Shown piece by piece: positions 13,794-28,440 of a stretch of 64,000 nucleotides of DNA (positions are counted from its first letter, which is position 1; each line of letters begins with the position of its first letter). The translations under genes and the position numbers were made by a program. The stretch lies in assembly GCF_009914755.1 (NCBI RefSeq), contig NC_060931.1; one strand, written 5' to 3'. Source of the stretch: the human T2T-CHM13v2.0 reference genome, Homo sapiens. The notes under the pieces were generated by a model. That model was not told the DNA's origin. It made no database searches and saw nothing but the letters and a program-made list of their open reading frames with translations.

Positions 13794-15462
13794 TTATTAG
13801 CTAAACATAGGAAATCATGTAACCAAGGTGGTCCATTTTTATTCGCCCTTTTGGTTTAATACATCATTGCATTGGATTAACCCTCTTCCCAGAATGTTAA
13901 TTGCATCATTTTCCTGGGGCTTAAGTAAATGATGAGTTGTGTTGGAAGACGTGGGAGCCTGAGGAAGGAACATCTCTTTGCATGTTTCGCTTCCTTAAAT
14001 CGGACTGGAAGTCATAGGAAGAAATGGACCTCCTATCGAAGGAGCTGAAAAGTCCAACGGTTTTTAAACTAAAAAAAAAAAAAAAAAAAGAAGACCACAG
14101 CTCCCCGAAATGATTAAACCAGTTTCCTTGTGATTTAACATAATAATCCATTTTGTGGCTTGAAAGTGTGAAAACAATTAAGCCTTCTCAGCAATCAAAA
14201 CAAACGCATCTTCAATTTCACTGTGGAGAACACCCTTGACAGTTACTTCGGGAGGTGTCTTTTCATGCTGTTTAGAGATCCATCCAACATTTCACTTCAC
14301 TTAAAAAAAAATACCTGACCTTTCAGAGAAGAGGGTGCTCAAATACACCCCTGCATTTGAAAATCTTAAATTCTAACTGAAGTATGTTTCTTTGTTAAGG
14401 AACTACCAGGTTATACTTTCGGGAGCTGTGAAGTTACCTAGTGGTATTCACCAGAGACTTGTAAATCATTTTCTGAGTTCATTAAGCAAGACTCTAAAAA
14501 TGTTTAATGGCATTTTAAAAGATTTAAATTCGACTCTAATGTGCCTATTTAAAACCTGTGAAATACAAACACACGTATTCATTGTCATTCTTATTCTGTA
14601 GTACTTTTAACCCTGATTATTGCCTTTACTTTCTAGTTAAAATAAAATCTTTAAAAATCGGCTAAAGCCCTTATTTCAAGGTTTCAGCAGGCCTGGTATT
14701 TTGGCCAATGTGTGAACTTAATACATTTTTTAAAACAGGACTGCCCATCACTTTGTCTGATTCAACAGCATTGACTAAAGTGAAAAATATTGCAACGTAT
14801 TTTGCCAAGCATATTCTAGCAAGCCAGAGACTAGCATTCACAAAAAATCAACATTACACTGGAAGGAAATTTGGCATCAGGCTAACTATCATACCTAAGC
14901 CTTTGTTTAACTTAGTTTGGGCTAGAATATTCGAATTAACTCAGGATACAATTCTCCCTCCTCTGTCAAGCCTTAGAAAAAAAGAGGTGGTTGCATCACT
15001 CTCCCTCTGTCATTTGGCTGTAGATATTTGAAAGCGGCATTCGTTTTAATTTGGCTTTTAACCTAGAAACCACAGCCCCTGATTCCTTATGTGGAAACCT
15101 GTGAGAGACCTTCCTTGCACCAGCACTGACTAAGACCACTCTGGAGTCCCCACACGAGCAAAATGGTTTAAGCAAAACGTTCTGCAAAACTGTCTTAAAG
15201 TCCCCGGGACTTGTGCACAGCACCTTCCGTAAAGTATCACTGAGACGTGTCCATTGATCACCATAAATTGCCACAACCCCTTAGGTGTCTCAAAAGTCAA
15301 GTTACTAAACGCATGGTGAGCACTTAAGCAGCAAGACAACAAAGTCAGCAGATGACATTTTAATGTGCATTTTGATGTTCCATGTCTTGAAACTCAACCA
15401 CAACAAGAGTAGAAAACAACAAAAAAGAGTTCCAAAAACACGTTTCTGGATCATACGATTCA

Positions 15463-15687
<225 letters not shown>

Positions 15688-16051
15688 CTAAGAAGAAAGA
15701 CAGGGCGAGGAAACTTGTCTTAATGTTAATGTTACTTCAAAGACCTTCCGGCGAGTCCACATGGAAACGCCACACTCTCCCTGAATGAAAACGTGTGCCA
15801 CTTCCCTAGCACGGGCCCAGAAGACGGTACCGCAGATTGTTATTACAATGTAACAACGACCTGCTTTACATCATTACGGGGCTAGCGTAAATTCCAGTTT
15901 TTTAAAAGTGCATACATTTCAAAGTGGCCAGAAAAAAAATACATTCAAACTAGAAACTATACCTCTACATAGAATCATGTTTAGAAATCACTGAGCATGT
16001 AGCAAAAAGCATGACGCATAGAAAATGGCAGTTATTATCCATCTACTTGTC

Positions 16052-16150
16052 AGACAGAGAGAGGAGAGAGAGAGGAGGGGGAGAGAGACAGAGAGAGGGA
16101 AAGGAGGGAGAGACAGAGAGAGGGAGGGAGAGAGAGCGAGAGAGAGAGAG
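16052..16150. repeat. GA-rich purine tract / (GA)n
   Basis: About 100 bp of nearly pure G/A directly abutting the CpG island. Confidence 0.9.
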
Positions 16151-17150
16151 CGCGCGCTCAGCTGGCTTCAGATCCCCTTAGTCGGGGAGAAGTTGGGGAG
16201 GCCCAAAGTCTGGCCCTCCCCGGGGCTGCCCTTGGCTGCGCGTCCCCCACGCTGCAGCCGCGCGATGGCCCGGGCTGGGGTGGACGTGGGGCTGGGAGAG
16301 GAAGGGGCTCACGGACGGGCGCCCCATCTCCCAGGCGGGCTCCTCGGCTGCTTTCTTTGGGAACAGCTGGTGCACGTCCCCGCGCGCCCCTCTCCCTCCG
16401 GAATTCGGCGAGGATTCAGCTGGACCCTTTGGCCACCACCTCCGCCCCGGGCGCGGGTCAAAGAGCACCCCTCGCCCTTGGTAACGGAGACAAAACGTTC
16501 GGGGCCGTCTAGACAGGTCAAGGTGCAGGATGCGGCGTCCCCGCGGCTCCTTCCGGAAGGGGGCGTGGAGCCGCCAAGGGCGCCGGACCGCGCCGCAGCC
16601 CGGGCCTTTGCGGGCTTTTTCCCTCTCCACCCTCTGCTGATCAAAGTAGGAAGTTTGCATGACAACCGCAGTGAAAGGGGCTGAATCACAAATGAACTCG
16701 ATTTCTGCAGTGTTGATCTATCCAGCCTCCATTGTCCCCTTTCAGGCGCAGTATGAACCCTTCCGGTGCCAGCGGCCGCGCTACATTCACAGGCGCGCTC
16801 GGGGCGCACAAAGGGTCTCCGCGCTTCACCGCCATCTGGCCACAAATCTCATCAGCGGCGCGGCGGCGTCCCCTTGAAAGCGCGGGCGGAGGGTGCGCTT
16901 GTGTTCTTGAGACCCAGGTTCCATTACAAACCACCCAGCATCGCCACCGGCGCCCCCCGTTTCAATAAGGAAGCCACTTTGTCAAAACATTCTAAAAGAA
17001 ACTTGGGAAGAGGACGCGTCAGAGAAATACCGCCGCCGATTAACTATCAGCTGCGCCTCCCCTGTGCACAGGTAACATCCCTCCTTCTCCCCCACGACTC
17101 GGCTGGAGCTTGATTTTGAGCTGCTCTCAAGGCCCAGGCACTCGAATCGG
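16150..17150. promoter_or_regulatory. Intronic CpG island
   Basis: Dense CpG and GC-rich block (cgcgcg, gcggccgc) embedded in AT-rich sequence. Confidence 0.85.
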
Positions 17151-20100
17151 AAGTTAAATAGCTTATGGACTATTTAATAGAATATACCACCACACGTATC
17201 TAATCACTCAAATACCACGCTTTTAAAACTCATGAATGTTTTAATCGCTAAAAATGTCTACAGTCAAAAACTGCAGCCTAAGTGGCTCAAAGTGCACATT
17301 TCAAACACAAGTAGCGTTCTACTTACGCTTTAATTATGCCGTTCATTAATTTTCATTAAGTTGTAAAACATGCAAAGAATACGTAGATTAACAAACAAAA
17401 CTGAAAATCTGTTTTATTAATTTACAGAAACAAATAATTAAACACGTATTAATCACTGGGAAAACTATAAAATGCAGAGGCAGATTTTAAAATGTAATTT
17501 AATCAAGACAGATCATTAGCGGAAAGATTACGGAGGTTTTCTTTTTCTGTGATGCATGTATTTTAGGTATTATTTCCTTAGCTGATACATATACAATATA
17601 TTCATAGTAGTTTCTGGATGTCAACAGAGTAGCATTTTACTTGAAAGTGAAGAGTAGACGCTGTCATTTAAAAATATCTAACTGTAATCAAGAAATTCAT
17701 TCTCTCTCTCCTTTCCTTCCTCCCTCCCCCACTCTCGTTTCCCATCTGAAAAGTAAACATACTTGATACTTGGGGGGATGGGGACAGAGCCAGGAGGAAC
17801 CAGGGTCTGATCGCTGGGGGCTTTCAGAAACTTAGGCCTTCCTTCCATTAGAACACCAAATTCCATCCTAATACACCACTTAATTCATGTTGAGTAGAGG
17901 CCACGCTGAAAACTAATTTTTCAATTCACAGAACATTGTGAGCTATTTGCAAAAGTTGCTGAGCATATAAGTTTTGAGCAAAATTGTAATGTTTGTGTGT
18001 GGAAGGCCTTCCACAACTTACTTCTGTGGGCCACTTGATTTATTTCCTAGGCTGCACCTTTTGGAAACCGTTCCCCATGTTAAAACTTTCTACCTACCAG
18101 TGGATTGTTTTTATTTTGAAAGTGTAATTTGACATGTTTGAATATGCTACTGTTTTGCCTATTTTAACACAAATATGTTATGGCAAGGTACAAACGTGTG
18201 AATTTCTACAATTTTGTCAGTCTATGAAGGCTGACTGGCTTTTTGATGTGATTCGCTAGCCCTTTAGAGTAAACATTCTTTAAAAGTAGAAAATGTTTGC
18301 TGGCAGCTAGCTCGGAGACACTACCTTACGATGTTCGTTAAAAACAGGAAAGGGAAAACAGCCAGCATGAGACGAGTGGAGTTCATTTTTGCAGAAGATT
18401 AAGAAAAATTTTGATCCTGAAATCCCAAAGCATCAATTTTTTTGAGAAAGTATTTAAGAAAAAGATACTTATGCATTACAGCTCTTTATACATTTATTCA
18501 AATGTACATGATTAGAGTTTAAAATGATTCTAAGTAGCTGAACTGCGTTCAGTACATTTAAAGACTGTTCACAGAATAACTGGGCTTTTTTTTTCCCCCT
18601 CAAAGTGTTTTGATTATAAGAGGCCAATAAGGATTGGGACAAGTGGAATAAAACGAAGTCTTTCTATACTGTGAAGATTTTGAATAGTACTTGTCAATAA
18701 AGCACCTCCTATTGTAATCTTAGGGAGCCTTGCCTCTGCCCTCCAAGGACTGTCTCAGAGATACTAACCTCATTAAAATATGAATGAGAAGGCCTGTGTA
18801 GCCAGAGAAAACCCACGCACTGGCACAGTTTTCTTATCTGCCATTGCTTTTACATATGGACTTGTTTGGTACAAGTTATAAGTAGAAAAATGATCCATGA
18901 TAATTTCATTGCTATCTTAGAGTACCCAAGCACTCCAAGTCAATCCTAACTTTTCCCAGATTTGAACCCCACCTATAACTCTTAATCATACTTCCTAAAT
19001 GTAGTGCCTATTTCTCCCCCTTTACGTTTCTTCTGACCCTGTGCTTGTTGTGTGAGCAATGGAATGGGGGTGGGGAGATACCCATAGCCCTACTTTAGAG
19101 TGGAAAGAAGTACTTGAAAGTTCTGGCTTTGGCTTCTCCAGAAGAGAAGAGCTAGGGAGTTTATTACAGACCTCTATGATAACACTTTAATAACGGCCAA
19201 TTACAGCATGCCTCCATGTTTGTTCATTACTGTGTCTCTGTTAATCTTGTAGTAAATTTCTTGCTTGATAGCTGTCACAATCAGCAGGAATACAATTATG
19301 TTACAGTGGAAACGGTCGTTGTGGTATATCTGTCTCTCCCATTACAGTCTGACAACCTCCAATAAATTTCACTCATCTTTATCGTTATTTTGGAGTGTCC
19401 TTCAGATATGAAACCAGTACTTAACCTGTTTAGTGACTGATAATTAATTTCACATTGTAGCAAAGATTTTCTTTCTAGAGGTTTAGTTAATGTAAAATTT
19501 TAATTGCATTGTAGCAATATTGCATCTAGTTTAATCACTAACTTTTCATCCATAAAAATTGAAATCACTGCTGATATTAGTTAAAAGTCAATATTTAGAA
19601 GTGAAAATTCAAAGCTCCTTTGCTCTAGGCTACAACAGGGGAAGCATGAATTCAGAAACTCTTGTAAGCTGATGAGATATATAATTAGCTTTTATGTTAA
19701 TTGACTGCTATGAGTTTGTTGTATGACACTTCTTCATATAATATGCAAATAGCATTGACTGTTTAGTTTTATTAGACAATATAATTAGAAATCTAAAGGC
19801 ACTCATTTCGATGAGGAATAATAAAGGCTGATACATTTCCAGTGTTCTGTATATCAGAAAAAAATGAATTGCATCTGGACGTAATAAGAGAGGTTTTAGC
19901 TAGACATTATTTAGGGAGCCCAAACCACATATAACGGAATTAATAGGAGTGCTTCCAGCCACCGTAAACTCCATATTTAAACACGTGAATTTGTGGTGTC
20001 CATAAGACCTTGGGGGGAAAACACAAATGTTTCACTACAATTTACCACAAATAATAATATACTTAATGAAAATAATACCTAAATGTTGCCTGCTATAATT

Positions 20101-21198
20101 AAAGTGAAATAAGTCATTCTTATTTAAAACAAAATAGTTTGCGAGTAAGTGTTCCAGTTCTTGTTACTCACAGACATTACCAGTAACATATATGCTTAGG
20201 TTGTTCAAAAAAAAAAGGTAATAAAATAAGAACAATGTGATTTTGGGGGGATATTTTTCCAGAATTCATTTTTCTTTTTAATTTCTGGAGCTTATTTTCA
20301 ACTTAACAGTGATCAAACAGAAAAAAAAAAGGCGTAATGAATCAACATTAATGATCTTTCCAAATGGGGGTCATCTAACAATTTGATTCTTTATGAAGTT
20401 AAAAAACACACTTTCCTTTTATTATTAAATGCAAAATTGGTACTAGCATTTGCTTTCCTATTTTAAAACGTATTCTGCCAGTTTGAAAAATAAACCCTTT
20501 AATTTTTGAACATTTTAGGTAGAATGAAAAGAAATACAATCTGTCACATGAAAAATACCATAAGCTTAACCTCTGTTAAAAAATCTTCTAAGCAAGGACT
20601 TTGGGCACCCAATTCACACTGCACCTCTTGGCTGTGCCCTCCGGTGGGCACCGCTCAGAGGGCTCCTACTGCTTTCCAAAAACTCCTAAGAGGAGAAAGT
20701 GACAGTACGTAAAAAGGCAGAGGCAACAATATTGCGGCATAAACGGAGCATGATGCGAATGTGTTCATTCATTCAACAAATATTTACTGAACTCCATCTA
20801 ATGTCAGACAAATACACTTCTCTAATTCCGACGTTTAAAAAGAGGACGCTTCCGTGATTCTGCATAAAAATTAAAATAAAATTTTTGGAAAAGAACATGT
20901 GCCCAGTGGAAGTCCAATAAACATGAATTAATGATAATATAACCCTTTGTCATCGATTGTCGTCAACTGTTTCCTTATTTTACAGTTTTCTGCCCAACAA
21001 AGATCTGCATGTTTCACCGTCTTGTTACTGAGAACATAATGGTTGATGAGTGATGATCCGTTTGGAACCACCTCTGCAAAACATTTCCCCAACCTAGAAG
21101 AGCGGAAAAGTCCTATTTTTGGAATCTGTTGGGGCATTTCCCAACTTGGTCTTCTGAATACTTGCGGGCATATGGCAAGACTTCCTTATAAAATGTTA

Positions 21199-21681
<483 letters not shown>

Positions 21682-23662
21682 TTATGCAGAAGGGGCCAGC
21701 TGGCTTCTGGCAAGCAAACCAGAAAACATTGTATGGCTTCCGGGGAGGCAGAGACCGCTGCAAGCAGAGGGGCTTCAAGGTTTCCTGACCCTCTGCTCTT
21801 CCTGACCTGTGGTCCATGCACAGGGCCACACCTCAGGAGAGTCCCTGCTCATCTGGCCTCCACACCCTGGTCCTGGTCTCAAGGCCGCCCCCGCGCCCCG
21901 GCCCCGGCCAGGAACTCTTTCACATCCTAAGAACAGGCCTCGGTGATTAGAACAAGAGGCTCTTCCACCTCCCAGACCACCAGGCCATGTCTGAAGCCAC
22001 ACCTGGAGAGCTGCTGCAGGGTGCTGGGCTCCCCCCATGGGAGACGCCTCACCCACTGAAATAGACACGATTCACCTCCCCCACCCTAGGGACCCGGGGA
22101 CCGCAGGGTGTCTGTGCATCCCAGATGCCCGACGTGACCCCCTGATGTCCAGTCACAAATCGAGAGGTGTGGAGGGTGGAGGGAGAGACCAGGCTGCCTG
22201 GGGAGTCGACTGGGGGAAACGAGGAGATTCGGGGATTTCTCGGAGGTGCATCTCTTGGCAGATTTGTGCTGCTGACTAGGAGTGCTGGGGAAAGGGAGAA
22301 GTTGTCTGGAACTGGGATGAAATGAGGCTTCTCTGCAGCAGGGAGGGCAGAGCCTCTTTTCAATGAGCGTTCATTTTCTGGTTCCCAGGGTCTAGAAAGA
22401 CAGCTCTTTCTTTAAAAACATTTGTTAATGGAAAAAAGTAATACATCAATTTGATTTCTTTAAAACAAAAACAAGAACAGAAGGGTAGAGTAAAATCTAA
22501 GGCTCATCCCTCCCCCAGACCCCTCAGGCCCCCAGATCTCCTCCCGTGAGAAACATTCCAGTTATGTGTCTACATGTGTGAGCAAATGAACGTGCACGCG
22601 TGTGTGTCCCCCCTCCTCTTTTACACAGATTAAAGCATGACATGCACCCTGTCTATTGCTTTGTCTTTGTCCCTTGATAGACCTCAGGGCTAAGAGGACT
22701 CATTCTGTGTCCAGGATTCGAAGGGAATGGTCCACTGACCATACCCTGAAACAAGTGACTCAAAAGTCAAATCCACCCCCATGGGAGACAAGAGTTAAAG
22801 AACACCGTCCACCCAGAGGGCAGTTTCAGGAGGGGTATTCCCAAGAGTTCTGAATGATGGCAGAATATGGCTAGAACATTTGTGAAAAATCAGTTATGTT
22901 GTTTCAGTAACAGTGTTCGAGAAGTTTTTGCATCAAATTTACTTTAACCTATGCCAAAACAACAGTCTCAGTGGGAGAGGATGAGAGTTTTTAACCCCAC
23001 TTCCCAAGTGAGGACCCCAGTGTTTCAGGGCTGGCCAGCGAGGAGCGGGCTGGCACAGGATGACAGCCAGAGTGGAACCGCGGGGACCTCAATAGGAACT
23101 CTCAGATGAGGAGGCTGCGGTATGACCAGGAGACGCGGTGTCCTCAAGGAGTCACAGGCTAAGCTGGATGGAAACCCACACAGAAGACTGCGACCCCAGC
23201 CTGGGGCACACCCAGTGCCTCCAGAACGCTGGGTCACCCAGTAGGAGCAAGGGTTACCTCAGCTGACCGGGAAGCTGGTGATGGCCCAGCAGGAGTCTAC
23301 TTCTTACAGTCACAATGCCTCAGACCCAGTGTGCCATCCCCAGGAATGTCCTGGGCCCAGGGTGACACTCGGGCCATTCCCTTGGTCCCGCCTGGCCACC
23401 TTCTGTTCCCTCCTGGTGACTCCTCGGCCTCCTAGAACCTCAGCAGCCCTCCGGGAAGCCCTTAGGTTGGGCTGAGCTGTCGTGGGCGTTGCCTCTGTTG
23501 GCCTAGCAGATGGGCTGAAACTGCTGTGATTGGGGTCTCCGCCACCCTGGCCTTTAGCTGAGACATGGCCGCTGGTCCTTGGGGCATTCTATTTCCTAAT
23601 CAACTTCTGCAGCAGCTGCTGCATGTGCCGTGCCCTCCACAAATGACCAAGTAGGGCCATAG

Positions 23663-24030
23663 CTGTAGGCTGAATCATGTCCCCAAAATCCATATGTTGA
23701 AGCCCTAAACCCCGGGACCTCAGAATGAGACTGTATCTGGAGATAGGATCTTTGAAGAGGGGATTAAGATCAGATCGGGTCATTGAGGTGGCCCCTTTTC
23801 AAATCTGGCCAGTGTCCTTGTAGGAAGAGGACATTAGGAAACCGACACGCACAGAGGGACGGCCATGTGAGGACGCAGAGGGAAGACGCCATCTACAAGC
23901 CAAGGAGAGGCCTCAGGAGAAACCAGCCCTGAGACACCTTGATCCTAGGCTTCCAGCCTCCAGAGCCATGCAAGAATGAATTTCCATTGTTAGTGGCTCC
24001 TGTCTGTGGGACTTGTTATACAGCTGCAGC
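23663..24030 (+). mobile_element. MaLR LTR (MLT1A/B-like)
   Basis: Typical MLT1 motifs tgtccccaaaatccatatgttgaagccctaa and gccatctacaagccaaggagaggcctcaggagaaacc. Confidence 0.8.
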
Positions 24031-25830
24031 TGTATCCACAGTCACAGCGTGACGTCCTCCTGCCTCAAGTTCTGCTAGGTGCAGCCCAAGCCCATGGATC
24101 TGAGCATTCACCAAGAACAGGTGACTCCACCTCCAGGAAGCCTGGACACCATGCAGAGGCGGCCAGCAGGTCCACCCCACACGCCAAGCAACACAAAGGT
24201 CCCTGCAGGGCTGCACCTGCACATGCAAAAAATGGTTCATCATCTGAATTTCTCCTGCAACACGGCAAAGTGGGGGCACTGGGCTCGGGGTCCGCCCAAA
24301 CACCTGAATGCTAGCCTGGCTTCACTTTTATCCACTGGCCATGGGCGGGGATAGCCACACATCTTCTTGTCTTCTAGCATCCTCCTCTGTAGAACCAGGG
24401 CGATGATATCCACCTTAATCAAGTAATTGGTTGGAAAATCCTTCAAAACATTTGATGCGATACAGAAAGGTGCAGTGTTTTTATTTTATCTCCGATAGCC
24501 ATCATTGTCTTAGATCTTAAACACCTTTAAAGTGGCAGGCATTTAAGCAGCACAGTGATTTCTGTCCTCTCCCTTCAGGTGAGGAGCAGGAGGAGGGACA
24601 CCGTCCTGCATATGACCCAGAACCAAGGCCCACTGGTCCCTTCACACCAGCGGGCATTGAAGAGCTTTCCCGTGAAGCTCTCTCTGCCGAAACCCTTCTC
24701 CTCCCATCCTCTCAGGATCTGGGAGCTGCCAGGAGGGGTGGCCAGATCCACAGTGCTCAAAGGGTGGTCCTTGGGCCAGCAGCATGGCTTCCGTGGGAGC
24801 TCATCAGTCATGCAGAGTCCCAGGTGATTTGTGTGTACAGCCAACTGTGGGCAGTGCTAGTTTAGGAAGATGAGGAGGAGGAAGAGGAAGAGGGTGGCTA
24901 CCTGCTGACTGTTTTATATTCTGCTTTTGTGCTTTATCTAGAAAGCATGCAGCAGAGATCAGAGGAAGGGCCATTTGGTCCAGAGAGACCCTGATTCACA
25001 GCCTTGTCCTGTTCCAAGCAATGTTGGGATGAGCTGAAGAAGATGCCTCCGTTCTCAGACCCAAAAGGCACAAAGACGGCACCTTTGGGAGAGCCAGGCA
25101 CTACCAGTGTCTTGAGTGCTGAATATTGTGCATTCGAAAGCAATGAGAGCTCTAGGGTGGACCTTTCACTGGCACTCAAAGAGAACCAAGGAAGCAGAGA
25201 AGGATGATAAATGGCATCTTAGTGGTTCCTGGCACCTGTCTTAAGAGTAAGATCTTTTACTGTATTACAAGGCTGGGCATTTTCCTAAAATTGTTTAGAT
25301 CCTTCGTGTCATTATTTTCTCTCCTGCATTTCTGGTCTTCTGCAGCACACTCCCCAGGTGGGTGAGTGGTGTCCGGGGTCTCACCCTGCAGGACTGGATT
25401 CCAGTACTCAGGGACGGGCAGCCTGTGTGGTGGAAGGCTACCTTGCGCAGGCACATGCCAGCCAGACTATCCAGGAAGAAATGCCGGGAAGAAAAAGGGG
25501 TCGTGTTTTCTCTGATCCACCAAATTCAGGTCATTCTAGAGCCAAATCCAATTCCAGTTTAGAAATGGGTTTCAATGCTTAACACACCGCATCTTATCCT
25601 GGCTGCAAAATTTTTTGTCTAAGAAATACCAAGTTTTGAATAGGCTGTGACCAGACATGTCATCACTTCAGGTAGAGAGAGGGCAGGTCATCAGCGAACA
25701 CCTGGAGTGTTTGAAGAGGCCACCACACCCCAGGGGCCGGGAAAGGGGTGACCTGTGTCTTGCTGCTTGCCTAGTGCTTCCTGGATCCCAGGTTCATACC
25801 ATCTTTGCCAGACTGGAAAGAATGGATGCA

Positions 25831-26114
25831 GGCTGGGTGTAGTGGCTCGTGCCTGTAATCCTGCACTAGAGAGGCCAAGACAGGAGGATCCTTTGATCTC
25901 TTGTTTGAGACCAGCCTGAGCAACATAGTGAGAGCTTGTCTCTACAAAAAATAAACAAAATTAGCTGGGCATGGTGGCGAGCACCTGTGGTCCCAGCTAC
26001 TTGGGAGGCTGAAGTGGGAGAATCACCTGAACCCAGGAGGTCAAGGCTGTGGTGGACCGACATCGCACCATTGCACTCCAGCCTGGGTGATGGAGCAAGA
26101 CCCTGTCTCAAAAA

Positions 26115-26157
<43 letters not shown>

Positions 26158-26165
26158 GAAAGAAG
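25831..26165 (+). mobile_element. AluJ with (TAAA)n tail
   Basis: J-type features (aggaggtcaaggctg) and a degenerate TSD. Confidence 0.9.
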
Positions 26166-26992
26166 AAAAATGGGTGCAAAGTATAAAGAACAGATTGAAT
26201 CCAAACCTGACCTGTTATCGGTGGCAAAAAAAAGACTATTAATAAGTTAATATTGTTCCTGTTAAATAAAATCTTTTGTGTTGTTTGCCTGTTTACTCAA
26301 GTAATGAAATTCACACCTGAAGGGAAACAATGAACTCACAATCTTAGCATCCTGACAAATCAAAGTGTCTCTTTCCAGCCTTCACCCACATGTAGCTCTC
26401 ATTCTCTATCCTCCACCCCACATATTCACACTGAATTCAGACATTTCCGTGGTATTACACAGCCTCCATATCCACAGTTAGTGGTAACAGAGTGCTCAAT
26501 AAGAATTCATAGCTCCTCTCATAGTTCCTTGACTTTGGGACATTTGGGGTATTGACAACATTTTAAAAATGATCAGTAACTCTGCTATGAGGATTTCTGT
26601 ATCACTTTTTCCTGTAGAATTATTTTTGCGGAACATATTCCTAAGTTTGGGGTAACTAGGTCGCCGTAGGTATACATTCCCGTATGCTCATATTTCTGGC
26701 CGAGGAATGGAAGAGTGCTCAGCTAAGACAGAGACATCTATAAAATAAGCTGCAAGCCAAATCACACTGTGAATTTCTGTAATGGTCTCCCCTCTCGAAA
26801 GAGGAACAGGCAGCTCATTGCTTGGGATTCCTCTGAAACCTCTGGCTCTTGTTTATCCTCTCCACTTGGAGGCGAGAGCCCATGGTAGAAGGACAGATAG
26901 TGTGAGCTTCGTTGTGCCGGCCGAGAGCACCCACATGCGGTCCCAGGGCATTTCTTAGCGCCTGCTGGGAGTGGCCACCAGTTGTCTCTTTT

Positions 26993-27236
<244 letters not shown>

Positions 27237-27429
27237 TAGATGTGAGATAATTTTGTTCCATTTGAACAAAACTTTTTCATTATTTAAAAATTAATAATCT
27301 CGAAATGACATTAAATGTCTTCCCTCTTGATGCTGTGCATTGGACTAAGGGTTCTCTTTATGTTCGTTAATACCCAGATCTTGAAAGAGGGTTATGTTTC
27401 TAAATTTGGGGTATGAAACATTCCCCTTT

Positions 27430-27685
27430 GACTGGGTGCAGGGGCTCATGCCTATAATCCCAGCACTTTGGGAGGCCGAGGCAGGCGGATCACTTGAGGT
27501 CAGGAGTTCAATATGAGCCTGGCCAAGATGGCAAAATCCCATCTCCATTAAAAATATAAAAATTAGCCTGGCGTGGTGGCACATATCTGTAATCCCAGCT
27601 ACTCACAAGGCTGAGGCATGAGAATGAAAAAAAAAAGAAAGAAGGAAGGAAGGAAGCAAGGAAGGAAGGAAGGAAGGAAGGAAGG
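27430..27685 (+). mobile_element. Alu lacking the distal right arm, followed by (GGAA)n
   Basis: Left arm and linker intact; sequence jumps from gagaatg into an A/GGAA repeat. Confidence 0.88.
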
Positions 27686-28164
27686 CTGGCTCCCCTCCCC
27701 TCAGAAGCTCCTGAAGAGAAGAAATCTTAGTCCCGTATTCTTCCAGGCCCAAGAATCCTCGGCTGTGGGTGGAGCGAGCCTTCCAGGAAAGTCGCCGATG
27801 GGGCTCTGTGATTGTAGAGATCACATGCATTCCGTAAACTCCACCCAGGAGCTCTGTGCGAAGGACTGACATGAACAAAAACAAGTGGTGTTTCTAATGG
27901 GAAGGACCAGGTTTCTTTACATGCAGGGGACCCAAGAATGACAGACAAAGAACCTCCCCAGAGTAGAAAGTCTAGTGCACGCCATGAAGCCAAACGCTAA
28001 GATCCCCTTGCTTGCTCATGGCCCCTGAGCATCCCCTCTGCACAAGGGTCCTGCTGGATGTGAAGATACAGCAGTGGACAAAGTGAAGGGGTCCCTGTCC
28101 TCCCAGCACTTGTGGTCTGGGCCTGAAATCGCCAGGCGGCAGCCTCCCTCTTATACAGAGTCCC

Positions 28165-28440
28165 TGGGCCGCCGCCTTGTTTATGTACAGCCCATGAGCT
28201 GAGATTGGTTTTTACATTTATAAAGGATTGAAAAAAGGTCAAAAGAATAATATTTAATGACACATGAAAATGATGTGAAATTCAAATTTCATTGTCCATA
28301 CATAAAGTTTCGTGGGACACAGCTGCGCCCACATTTGCGTACTGTCCCCAGCTGAGCAGAGTGGTGGCAGGGGCCTGGCACCCGGCACCCTGAGCTATGG
28401 ACTATGTTTAGAGAAGATGCTTGCCAGGTTCCAGCATGCC
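28165..28440 (+). mobile_element. MER58-like hAT DNA transposon remnant
   Basis: Motifs cagcccatgagctgagattggtttttacattt and gtgaaattcaaatttc...taaagttt; boundaries approximate. Confidence 0.6.

Noticed and set aside
16025-16845. Long overlapping ORFs (219, 160 and 178 aa) across the CpG island
   Set aside because: Stop-poor GC-rich and GA-repeat sequence, open on both strands, with low-complexity translations and no recognisable domain.
16826-16845. Possible CTCF site (tggccagatggcgg on the minus strand)
   Set aside because: The 5' half mismatches the CCASYAG core, so it cannot be supported without ChIP data.
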